From assembly GCA_031362565.1 (NCBI GenBank), contig JANLSU010000117.1, forward strand, positions 1-30,968: DNA of 30,968 bases, written 5' to 3'. The position numbers and the translations under genes were made by a program. A model generated the notes under the pieces. The model made no database searches. It saw only the letters and a program-made list of their open reading frames with translations, and was not told the DNA's origin. Source of the DNA: a bacterium (GTDB lineage: Bacteria > Krumholzibacteriota > Krumholzibacteriia > G020349025). How positions within the stretch are numbered: position 1 is the stretch's first letter; every line of letters starts with the position of its first letter. Below, piece after piece: positions 17,310 through 25,599 of the stretch.

Positions 17310-18521
17310 GTGGCTCGCGGGCGAGTGGCAGGCGCGGCGGCAAACGTCGCGCTACTAGCCGGCAGCGCGCTCCTGATGCTGCTCGTTCTCGAAGCCGGGG
17401 TCCGGATCCTGCGCCCGCAACCCATGGCGGCCGTCGCACGTTCGCCACGCCTCGGCTGGACCCACAAGGTGAATGCCGACATCGTCTACGAGCGGCAGGA
17501 GTTCCGCACTCCGGTACATTTCTCGAGCGCCGGGTTGCGCGACCGCGAATATCCCCTGGGGAAGCCGGCCGGAACGACACGCATCGCCATACTCGGTGAT
17601 TCGTTCGTCGAGGCACTGCAGGTGCCGCTCGACTCGTGCATGGCTAAACGCCTCGAAGCGCGCCTCAATGCCGGTTCGACTGGTGGACACCGGTATGAGG
17701 TTCTCAATTTCGGCGTCAGCGGTTACGGCACCTGCCAGCAACTGCTCTTGCTCGAGGAAACGGCGCGCCGGTTCCATCCGGATCTCGTCATCGCCCAGTA
17801 CTGCACGAATGATTTGGACGATGACCGGCGCTACAGCGTGTGCTCCTTGGCACCGGACGGCACGCTGCGCGTGGCGCCGGCGGTCGATCTGTCGTTCGCA
17901 GAACGTGTCAAGGCGGCGGGCAAATCGTTTCTGTTGCAACACAGCCACTTGTGGATGTTCGTGTCGACTCGTAAACCGCGCGTTGTGCAATTGGGTAGCC
18001 CGGCCGAGACGGCGGCGGCGCCCGGCGCGCCGGTGCTGGCGGTTTCGAACGAAACGGGTGGCCCCGCGGTGCCGAGTTGTCCCGGGCACCACCGCACTTT
18101 GGAGTGGCGCCTGACGCTGCGCGACGAGCTGGCGGATGCCGCCACGGCGGTCGAACAGCACGCGGCAATTTGGGCCCGCATGCAGGACGAATGCCGCGCC
18201 GACGGAGCGCAGTTCCTCGGCGTCATCGGCGTGTCTCGGACCCAAGTCGAGCCCGAGCTCTACGCGGCTTCGATCGCGCGCGCCGAGTGCCAGGCCGCAG
18301 CGCACGACGTCGACCTACCGCCCGAGCGGCTCGCTGCCGCAGCCGCCGCGCATGGGGTCGAGGTCGTGGACCTTCTGGCCGCCTTTCGCGCCGCGGCCGC
18401 CCAGGCGCCGCTGCATTTCCGGATCGACGGCCACTGGAACGCCGCCGGGCACCGGGTCGCGGCGGCCGCCCTCTACCAAGCGCTCGAGGCGCGTGGTATC
18501 CTCAAAAAAGACGCACCCTGA
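17310..18521 (+). CDS. Membrane-anchored SGNH-family protein (AlgX/AlgJ/DltD-like, DxH type)
   Basis: N-terminal TM; block I 'LGDSF', block II 'NFGVSGYG', block III 'TND', block V 'DGHWN..GH'. Confidence 0.85.
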   Translation: MARGRVAGAAANVALLAGSALLMLLVLEAGVRILRPQPMAAVARSPRLGWTHKVNADIVYERQEFRTPVHFSSAGLRDREYPLGKPAGTTRIAILGDSFVEALQVPLDSCMAKRLEARLNAGSTGGHRYEVLNFGVSGYGTCQQLLLLEETARRFHPDLVIAQYCTNDLDDDRRYSVCSLAPDGTLRVAPAVDLSFAERVKAAGKSFLLQHSHLWMFVSTRKPRVVQLGSPAETAAAPGAPVLAVSNETGGPAVPSCPGHHRTLEWRLTLRDELADAATAVEQHAAIWARMQDECRADGAQFLGVIGVSRTQVEPELYAASIARAECQAAAHDVDLPPERLAAAAAAHGVEVVDLLAAFRAAAAQAPLHFRIDGHWNAAGHRVAAAALYQALEARGILKKDAP

Positions 18522-18532
18522 GAAGGGACCCC

Positions 18533-18724
18533 ATGAGTTTCCTGTCCAACGCCCGCGAAAACGCCCGCGACAAAGTCAGCATCTTTGGCGAGCTGTGGCG
18601 TTTCATGCGCGTCCGCAAGAAGTTCTGGCTGGGGCCGATCCTGCTCATGCTGGTGCTCTTGGGCCTGCTGATCGTTTTCACGCAGGGCTCGGCACTCGCG
18701 CCGTTCATCTACGCGCTGTTCTGA
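18533..18724 (+). CDS. DUF5989/SxtK-family membrane peptide (63 aa) ending in FIYALF
   Basis: ATG 18533 with AAGGGA RBS; 'ELWRFMRVRKKFWLGPI...QGSALAPFIYALF*'; hidden at the end of ORF-track entry 18077..18724. Confidence 0.9.
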   Translation: MSFLSNARENARDKVSIFGELWRFMRVRKKFWLGPILLMLVLLGLLIVFTQGSALAPFIYALF

Positions 18725-18733
18725 TTCATCATC

Positions 18734-19894
18734 GTGGCGACTCGTCTCAAGGTCGTCGTCTGCTCTGAAGTGCAGTGGCACTATGTGCGCACGCGTAAGC
18801 AGCAGCTCGTGCGGCGTTTCCCGGCCGACTGGCCGGTCTTGTTCCTGCAGTCCTACGTGCGGGGGCGGCCCAATGCCTGGCGGCCGCAACGTGACGGCAA
18901 CGTGACCTTCGTCACGGTGCCGGTGTTCAAGAGTGTGCCCAACCCGTTCCTGCGCCGGCTACTCGACCTGGGACTCGTGCGCGGCATCATCAACCTGGCC
19001 CTCGCGGTGTGGGTGTGGGCGGTGCGCGCCGCGACCGGATTCGGCGGCCGGGATACGGCGCTTCTGGTTTCGAATATTTTCTATGGCCGCATCCTCGGCT
19101 GGATGCCACGGCGCGTGGCGATTTACGATTGCAACGACAATCACCTGGCGTTTCCCGGCACACCCGCTTGGGCGCGGGGCTATCTCGAGCGCATTGTGCG
19201 CGGTGTCGACGCGGTCGTAGTCAGCTCGAATGTCTTGCGTGAGGAAATCGATCCGCTCGGTCCGCGCCGGGTCGTCGAGATCGGCAACGGCGTCGACTTC
19301 GAATTGTTCGACGCGGCATTTCGAGCCCCGCGGCGCGTCGAGGACATGGCGAATTTGCCCCGCCCGTGCATCGGCTACGCCGGCGCACTCGCCGAGTGGA
19401 TCGACCTCGAATTGTTGGTGGCGACGGCGCAGGCGATTCCCAACGGCACCATGGTGCTCGTGGGCCCAGCGGTGGGCCCCTCGGTTCGCCCGGCGGAACT
19501 CGCGGCCACGACGCCCAACCTGGTGTGGCTCGGCGCCAAGCCGCACGAGGACCTGCCGCACTATCTGGCCGCCATGGATGTGTGCCTCATCCCGTTTCGC
19601 AGCAACGCGCTGACGCGCGGCGTGAATCCCAACAAACTCTGGGAATACTTGGCGATGGGCAAAGCGGTCGTGTCGACCGACTTCTCGCCCTTCGTGCACG
19701 ACTATGCGGCGGTCGTGCGGGTTGGAGCTACAGCGGAGGCGTTCGTCGGGGAAGTGCGTGCGGCATTGGCAGAGACGGCGACGGCGGCGTCGGCTGCGAT
19801 CGAGGCGCGGCGTGACGTTGCTCGCGGCCACGGCTGGGACGAATCGGCGGCGCGGATGGTGAGTCTGATCCGCGAACTTGCGGTGACGGGCTAG
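18734..19894 (+). CDS. GT4 glycosyltransferase (TuaH-like)
   Basis: 'W...RTRKQQL', 'IYDCND', 'GNGVDF', 'IGYAGAL.EWID', 'DVCLIPF......NPNKLWEYLAMGK.VVST'. Confidence 0.88.
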   Translation: MATRLKVVVCSEVQWHYVRTRKQQLVRRFPADWPVLFLQSYVRGRPNAWRPQRDGNVTFVTVPVFKSVPNPFLRRLLDLGLVRGIINLALAVWVWAVRAATGFGGRDTALLVSNIFYGRILGWMPRRVAIYDCNDNHLAFPGTPAWARGYLERIVRGVDAVVVSSNVLREEIDPLGPRRVVEIGNGVDFELFDAAFRAPRRVEDMANLPRPCIGYAGALAEWIDLELLVATAQAIPNGTMVLVGPAVGPSVRPAELAATTPNLVWLGAKPHEDLPHYLAAMDVCLIPFRSNALTRGVNPNKLWEYLAMGKAVVSTDFSPFVHDYAAVVRVGATAEAFVGEVRAALAETATAASAAIEARRDVARGHGWDESAARMVSLIRELAVTG

Positions 19895-19910
19895 CAGTGT
19901 ATTCGTGGCG

Positions 19911-20033
19911 GTCTTCGGGGGCGTGCGACCCCCCGCCGGCTCAGACAGAACGGACCGCGCCGCGCGCTTCGCGCGCAAATTCGATGCGCGCGCCCTTTAA
20001 CTCGCCGTCGGGGGGTCGCACACCCCCGAAGAC
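19911..20033. repeat. REPIN/MITE-like element: two inverted 30-bp arms
   Basis: 19911-19940 matches the reverse complement of 20004-20033 at 28/30; each arm holds a GGGGG-N7-CCCCC hairpin; internal GCGCGC-TTC-GCGCGC hairpin. Confidence 0.75.
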
Positions 20034-20153
20034 GTGCGACTAGCCGGAAGCCAGCATGGGCTCCAAAGCGGCTCTAGGGTCGGCTATACTGGGCCGGTTG
20101 TTGGAATCGATCATCGCAACTACGTAATGGCGCACGCCTGGGGGAGTCTCGTC

Positions 20154-21845
20154 GTGGAGAAGACGGTTCGTTTGCTGGTTGGGCTCTTGCGTTCGCAGGA
20201 CACTTCGTTGCGCCTTGCCGCCATGCGTGTTGTTGCGGCGCTGGAAATCGATTCGAAGGCGGCTATTGACGCGCTGGCTGAAAGCTTGGAGACCGATGAT
20301 GAGTCGGTGCAGGTGCAGGCGCTGCGGGCGTTGGCGCAACTCGGTCCGGCGGATGCTTTGCACTTGGTGGCACCGAAGATTTTGGCGCCGGGCGCGGTGC
20401 GCCAGCAGGCGGTGCAGGTGCTGACCCTGGCGGGGGCGGCGTCGGTGGCGCCGCTGCGCAAGCTGTTTCCCAGCGCGGATCATCATGGCAAGCGCGCCAT
20501 CGCGACGACGCTCGCGGCGATCGGTGGCACGGCGAGCCTGCAGTTTCTGTTGAAGGCAATTCCCGGTGCGGATCTCGAGTTCATCAAACACCTGACGGCT
20601 TGTGCGCGGCAGGTCATCGAGGGGCTGCCGCCGGGGGGGCGGGCGGCGGCAGTGCGTGAGCTCAGGACGTTCTTGCGCGACAAGGCGACACTCGCCAACC
20701 CGCATGCGGTCATTTCGGGACTGATTCTGCTGGGCGGGATCAGCGATGCGCGCGGCGCCGACGAAGCGCAAGCGTTGCTGTTGCAGTACATGGATCGCAA
20801 ACAGCCGGAGCCCGTGCGCCGCAATGCGGCGGTGTCGCTGGCGCGCCTGCCGGTGCAGACGGCACGCATCGCCACGCTGTTGCCGAAGATCGTCCCGTTC
20901 CTGTGCGAATCCGATTGGGCGCCGGTGCCGCAGAACATCCTGCCGCTCTTGCAAAAGCTCGAGTTGCAGCCGGCGGCCGCGGTGTCGCTGGTGCCGCTCT
21001 TGAAGAAGAGCCCGCATCCTTCGGTGCAGGGACACGTGCTGGAACGGCTCCGGGGCCTCGACAAGCCGGCGGTTGCCAAGGAAGTGCTGCCGTTCCTGGC
21101 GTCCTCGCATCCACGCCTGCGCGATGCTGCCGAGGCCGCGCTCAAGACGATGCCGAGCGCCGCGGAGGCGCTTCTCGATGTGTGGATGCAAGGCGGCGAT
21201 CCCGACGTCGCGCGCCGCGCCGATGCCGTGCTCCGCGCCTTCCCCGAACCGGTCCGCAAACGCGGCGCCGCGCGGGCCGTCGAGCGTTTGCTCGCGCTGC
21301 ACGAAAAAGGTGACGCCCGCTGGCAGTCGTTCCTGGGATTCGTGCGCGGCACCGACCCCGCGGCGCTCCAAAAGCAGATCGACAAACGCCTGGCGGCGTT
21401 GCGCAAGAGCACGTCGGTGAAGCGCTTCGAAGCGATGGAGCGTCTCTTGCAGTTGCTGTGGGATCAGAACCTGCTGCAGCCGGCGCAGCGCTATGAGTAT
21501 GGTGTGCTGCTGTTGCGGAAGAGCCGCAAAGACCTGGGCCGCGAAGCGCGCCTGGCCGATCCGGCGCTCCGGGTACTGGGCGGCGTCGCGCGGCACGATG
21601 GTGCCAAGCTCGTGACCCAGCTCGGCAAGGAACGCGCCGTCGGCGCCGAAGAGCTGTATTACATGGGGTTCCATTGGTCGGAGGGCAGTGACGACGTGCG
21701 CGGCGTGGCGCGCACTCTCTTGGCGGAGGTCGTCAAGAAATATCCCCGTCACAAGTTGCGCAAGGCGGCGGAACATAAGCTGACGTTGCTCGATCGCAAC
21801 GTCGCTTCAGCGGCCGCGGCGCCTGGCACGGAGACGGCACGTTGA
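20154..21845 (+). CDS. HEAT/armadillo-repeat protein
   Basis: Repeated 'LR.AA...L..L', 'VQVQALRALAQLG', 'VRRNAAVSLARL', 'LRDAAEAAL'; GGGGAG before GTG 20154 (alternative ATG 20127). Confidence 0.8.
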   Translation: MEKTVRLLVGLLRSQDTSLRLAAMRVVAALEIDSKAAIDALAESLETDDESVQVQALRALAQLGPADALHLVAPKILAPGAVRQQAVQVLTLAGAASVAPLRKLFPSADHHGKRAIATTLAAIGGTASLQFLLKAIPGADLEFIKHLTACARQVIEGLPPGGRAAAVRELRTFLRDKATLANPHAVISGLILLGGISDARGADEAQALLLQYMDRKQPEPVRRNAAVSLARLPVQTARIATLLPKIVPFLCESDWAPVPQNILPLLQKLELQPAAAVSLVPLLKKSPHPSVQGHVLERLRGLDKPAVAKEVLPFLASSHPRLRDAAEAALKTMPSAAEALLDVWMQGGDPDVARRADAVLRAFPEPVRKRGAARAVERLLALHEKGDARWQSFLGFVRGTDPAALQKQIDKRLAALRKSTSVKRFEAMERLLQLLWDQNLLQPAQRYEYGVLLLRKSRKDLGREARLADPALRVLGGVARHDGAKLVTQLGKERAVGAEELYYMGFHWSEGSDDVRGVARTLLAEVVKKYPRHKLRKAAEHKLTLLDRNVASAAAAPGTETAR

Positions 21846-22492
21846 CCGACCTCAAACCTGGTTTACCGCCGGACGAAGTCGAAAAAATGCGCTGGCAAGC
21901 GTTTGGCCAGAAGCGCGCTTGCATGTTGAAGTCCGCCGACGAACTCGTGCTGTTCGTGGAACGGCGCGGCATCGTGCTCTTGGGACCGGCGCCGGGGCTG
22001 CACTATCCGAGCGCCGTCGAGGCCGCTGTCGGCAGGCCACTCCTCGAATTCGTGCAGGACGAACGCAGTGCGCAAGTCCGGGTGTGGTTCGAGACCTTGG
22101 TGAAGGCCAACAAGCTGGCGCGCGGCGCGTTGCAAGACCGGTTCGAGGCGGCGCTCGCTCCGGCCATCGTCGTGGATGTCCTGGCGGCAGGCGCGGGGCG
22201 GCCCTTGGATGCAGCGCTCCGCGCCCTCGCCGAAGCCCGCCCCAAGGATGCCAAGAAAGCGTTGAAGACGGATCCCGCCCAGGCCCGGGCCCGGCTCGCG
22301 GCGCGTGTCCTGCAAAACGTGTTGGTCGTGGCCTCGCACGAACTCGCCCGTCTGTTTGCGTGGCGCGAAGCGGATGCGAGTCTCGCGCTCCGCGCCGTCG
22401 TCGAGTCCGGTGAAGCCGCACTCCATCCCGCCTCGCGCCCGCGGCGTGAGACGTTTCAGACCCGCGCCACCCATCTGCTCGACGAAGTGTGA
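21842..22492 (+). CDS. Hypothetical protein, possibly a degenerate AlkZ/YcaQ-related winged-helix protein
   Basis: TTGA overlap with the HEAT gene; 'SADELVLFVERRGIVLL......PS...A' and 'ELARLFAW' resemble AlkZ-related segments. Confidence 0.55.
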   Translation: MTDLKPGLPPDEVEKMRWQAFGQKRACMLKSADELVLFVERRGIVLLGPAPGLHYPSAVEAAVGRPLLEFVQDERSAQVRVWFETLVKANKLARGALQDRFEAALAPAIVVDVLAAGAGRPLDAALRALAEARPKDAKKALKTDPAQARARLAARVLQNVLVVASHELARLFAWREADASLALRAVVESGEAALHPASRPRRETFQTRATHLLDEV

Positions 22493-22516
22493 CCTCGGCA
22501 TGCAGCGCCCGGCGTA

Positions 22517-24190
22517 CTAACGGATCCCGACGCGGGCTCCAAAGCGCCGCAACATGCGGAGTCCCTGGTGGGTTTCTTCGACACGCAAGAGCCATGCGAG
22601 CCCGAGGTAGAGGACGACGCCCAGCGCGACAGGCGGCAACGTCACCAGAATCTCGCGCATGAACCCGGCGCCGGCACCGAGCCGCGCATCCAGTGCGTGC
22701 GACATGAGACGGCACGCCACACCCATTGCCGCCGAGGCGATCGCGACGCGGACGATTTGGCTGCCCAGGCCGAGGCCGCGGAGACCCCCATACCGGCGCG
22801 CAAACACCACGAACAGCAACCCGAAGTTGGCAAGTGCGCCGATCGAGGTACCGAGCGCCAGCCCCGGCGCGCCCATCGAATGGTAGAGCGCCAGGTTCGC
22901 GACGATGTTGCAGGCGACGGCCAGGAGGCTCGCGAACAGCGGAATCCGCGACGCCTGCAGCGCGTAATACGCCGGCGCCATCACTTTCACCGATGCGTAG
23001 GCGTACAAGCCCAGGGCGTACGCGGACAAGACGGCTGCCGTGTGTTCGGTATCGCGCGCCGTGAACCGCCCGTGCTCGTAAAGCAGCGCGATGATAGGCT
23101 CACGCAGCGCCACCAAGCCGGCGGTCGCGGGCAGGGTCAGGAACGCCACCAGCTTGAGTGATGACGCCAGGTTGCGGCGGAAGCTCCCCATGTCACCCGC
23201 GGCGGCGTCGCGGCTCACTGCCGCTAAGTTCACGGTGGCAACCGCGACGCCGAAGACGCCGATCGGTAGCTGCATCAAGCGAAACGCGTAGTTGATCCAC
23301 GACGGTGAGCCTTGCTCGAGTTGGCTCGCGAGCACGTTGTTGATGAGGATATTGAGCTGCGTCGCCGACAGGCCGATGAAGGCCGGCACCATCAGGCGCA
23401 AGATCTGTCGCAGACCGGGGTCGTCGAAGCGCGGCCGGAAAACCGGCCGGTAACGCCATCCGGCGCGAAACAGCGGCGGGATTTGGATCGCGAACTGCAC
23501 GAGTCCACCCGCCAGCACGGCGAACGTCCACCACAGGACGGCCTGCGGCGCCGGGGTGTGGAAGACGAAGAGCACCGCACCGACCGCGATCGCCGCCAAG
23601 TTGAACAGCGCCGGCGCGAGCGCCGGGACGAAGAACTTCTGCTGCGCGTTCAGCATGCCCATCAGGACCGCGGCGAGCGCGATCATCGGCAGAAACGGGA
23701 ACAGAGTCCGCGTCAGTTGGACCGTGAGAGGCAACTTGCCGGCCGTGGCCGCAAAGCCCGGCGCGATGAGTGAGACGATGGGGTGGGCGAACAGCATGCC
23801 GGCGAGCGCGATGCCGCCGGTCACGACGAGCAGCGTCGTCAGCACCAGGTTGCCGAGCGCATACGCGTCGCGTTTGCCGCCCTGCAGCAGGCGCTGGGTG
23901 AAGGTCGGCACGAACGCGGTCGACAGCGCGCCCTCCGCCAACAGATCGCGCAGCAGGTTGGGGATGCGGAACGCGACCACGAAGGCGTCGCTATAAAATC
24001 CGGCGCCCATCAAGGACGCGAAGAGCTGTTCGCGCACGAGGCCGCCGATACGCGACAGGAACGTGGCGATGCTGACGAGGCCGGCCGAAGCGGCGATACC
24101 GGCGCGCTTCAGCCGGTGCGGGGCGCCCGACTCGGAGCCGCCATCCGGGCGCGGCGCTTGCGGCGCCTGGGTGGAGTCCAACCTGGTCAT
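22517..24190 (-). CDS. murJ: Lipid II flippase MurJ (MviN)
   Basis: 'SRIGGLVRE', 'DAFVVAFRIPNLLRDLLAEGALSTAFVP', 'YAFRLMQLPIGVFG', 'LYEHGRFT'; GGAAGGA RBS before ATG 24190. Confidence 0.95.
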   Translation of the reverse strand: MTRLDSTQAPQAPRPDGGSESGAPHRLKRAGIAASAGLVSIATFLSRIGGLVREQLFASLMGAGFYSDAFVVAFRIPNLLRDLLAEGALSTAFVPTFTQRLLQGGKRDAYALGNLVLTTLLVVTGGIALAGMLFAHPIVSLIAPGFAATAGKLPLTVQLTRTLFPFLPMIALAAVLMGMLNAQQKFFVPALAPALFNLAAIAVGAVLFVFHTPAPQAVLWWTFAVLAGGLVQFAIQIPPLFRAGWRYRPVFRPRFDDPGLRQILRLMVPAFIGLSATQLNILINNVLASQLEQGSPSWINYAFRLMQLPIGVFGVAVATVNLAAVSRDAAAGDMGSFRRNLASSLKLVAFLTLPATAGLVALREPIIALLYEHGRFTARDTEHTAAVLSAYALGLYAYASVKVMAPAYYALQASRIPLFASLLAVACNIVANLALYHSMGAPGLALGTSIGALANFGLLFVVFARRYGGLRGLGLGSQIVRVAIASAAMGVACRLMSHALDARLGAGAGFMREILVTLPPVALGVVLYLGLAWLLRVEETHQGLRMLRRFGARVGIR

Positions 24191-24370
24191 TCCTTCCATC
24201 GTTGCGGCGTCCGTCATTCGCCTTCCGCAGCCGGCCATTCTCCAACGGTCCGCGCCTGGACGTCCAGCGCTCGGACCCCAGGCCCCACGCGGGTGCGCGC
24301 CCGGCTCGTTGCTCGGCGGTTCGGTGTGGGGTATCGTCCTGGGGTTCTTGGAACCCATCTGGAGGCATGC

Positions 24371-25591
24371 ATGGCCCGCACCGTTCCGCTGTCCGAGCCC
24401 CACACCGGCGCGCCGGAGTCGCACGACACCATGTGGGCGCTCGTCGTGGATCGCGACGCCTGGGATCGCACTCGCGGCTTCCGCAAGACGCGTGTCGCGC
24501 GCCCGCATCTCGACGAGCAGCACGTGCCGCAGGACGGCCAGAGTGTCATCGTCCAGGTGGCGTATGCGGGGGTGTGCGGCACCGACCGCAACATCTACGA
24601 GCGGCGCAGCCTGCGCGACACCATCTTGCGCTCGCTCGACCTCGAATCGAAGACCGAACGGGTGCTCGGACACGAACTCGTGGGACACATCGTCGAAGCC
24701 GGCTCGGAAGTCGGCCCGGTGTTCGGGTACCGGATCGGCCAGATCGTGTCGACCGAATCGCACATCTTTTGCGGCAGCTGCTACCAGTGCCGGATCGGGC
24801 AGACGCACATTTGCGGCGACGACCGGATCATCGGCGTGTCGCGCGATGGCGGCTTCGCCGAATATATCAAGCTGCCGGCGCGCGTTCTCTGGCCCACGGA
24901 CACAGAGAAGATCGGGCTCGAAGTCGCCGCCATTCAGGAACCGTTCGGGAATGCAGTGCATGCGTGTACGCGGATCGATTTGCGCGGCAAGACGGTCGGG
25001 ATCTTCGGCACCGGTACGATCGGCCTTTTTGCCACCATGATTGCCAAGCCGCTCGGCGCGGCGCGGGTCATCGGCATCGATCCGGCCGCCGACAAGCGTG
25101 ACTTGGCGCTGCAAGCCAGCGCGGATCTCGTGCTGCCGGTATCGGTGGCGGGACACGACCACCCGGGCGCGGATCCGGAACTCGTCGCTGCGATCCAACG
25201 GGCCACGAACGGCGTCGGCCTGGACGTCGCACTCGAAATGGCCGGCTTCAACGCCTCGGTGAACAACGCCATCCAGAGCACGCGGCGCGGCGGCGATGTG
25301 GTGCTCTTCGGCCTGCATTCCGGTGACTTCACCATCGAGCGCTTCGAGCGCGTCATCATGAACGGCCTGACGCTGACCAGCGTCATCGGGCGCGAGATCT
25401 TCCGCACCTGGACGTTCACCCAACGCCTGTTGGAAGACCGCAGTAACGGGATTCAAGACAAGATCCTGAAACTGGTGTTGAACGGCGGCCGCGACACGAT
25501 TCTCGACATTCGCGACTTCGAGCCCGAGAAGTTCGAGACGATGTTGCGCGCCCATCCCAAGATTCTGCTGCGCCTCGCGAACGAAGGGTAG
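24371..25591 (+). CDS. tdh: Zn-dependent L-threonine 3-dehydrogenase-like protein
   Basis: GGAGG then ATG 24371; 'GVCGTD', 'LGHE', '[12 protein letters not shown]......HIC', 'QEPFGNAVH', 'GTGTIG', 'LEMAG'; directly upstream of kbl. Confidence 0.8.
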   Translation: MARTVPLSEPHTGAPESHDTMWALVVDRDAWDRTRGFRKTRVARPHLDEQHVPQDGQSVIVQVAYAGVCGTDRNIYERRSLRDTILRSLDLESKTERVLGHELVGHIVEAGSEVGPVFGYRIGQIVSTESHIFCGSCYQCRIGQTHICGDDRIIGVSRDGGFAEYIKLPARVLWPTDTEKIGLEVAAIQEPFGNAVHACTRIDLRGKTVGIFGTGTIGLFATMIAKPLGAARVIGIDPAADKRDLALQASADLVLPVSVAGHDHPGADPELVAAIQRATNGVGLDVALEMAGFNASVNNAIQSTRRGGDVVLFGLHSGDFTIERFERVIMNGLTLTSVIGREIFRTWTFTQRLLEDRSNGIQDKILKLVLNGGRDTILDIRDFEPEKFETMLRAHPKILLRLANEG

Positions 25592-25599
25592 AGCACGCC

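Noticed and set aside
15583..17616. Long antisense or alternate-frame ORFs (also 675-1964, 3008-4792, 7263-8510, 11488-12702, 20040-21776)
   Set aside because: Shadow ORFs of well-supported genes; Arg/Ala/Gly-rich with no motifs.
15270..18724. Saxitoxin biosynthesis cluster (sxtI/J/K/L-like genes)
   Set aside because: No sxtA, sxtG, sxtB or other core genes; the context is glycosyltransferases.
24191..25555. 1012-aa MurJ fusion and 602-aa Tdh ORF
   Set aside because: Open antisense frames of divergent genes in GC-rich DNA; RBS-supported starts lie at 24190 and 24371.
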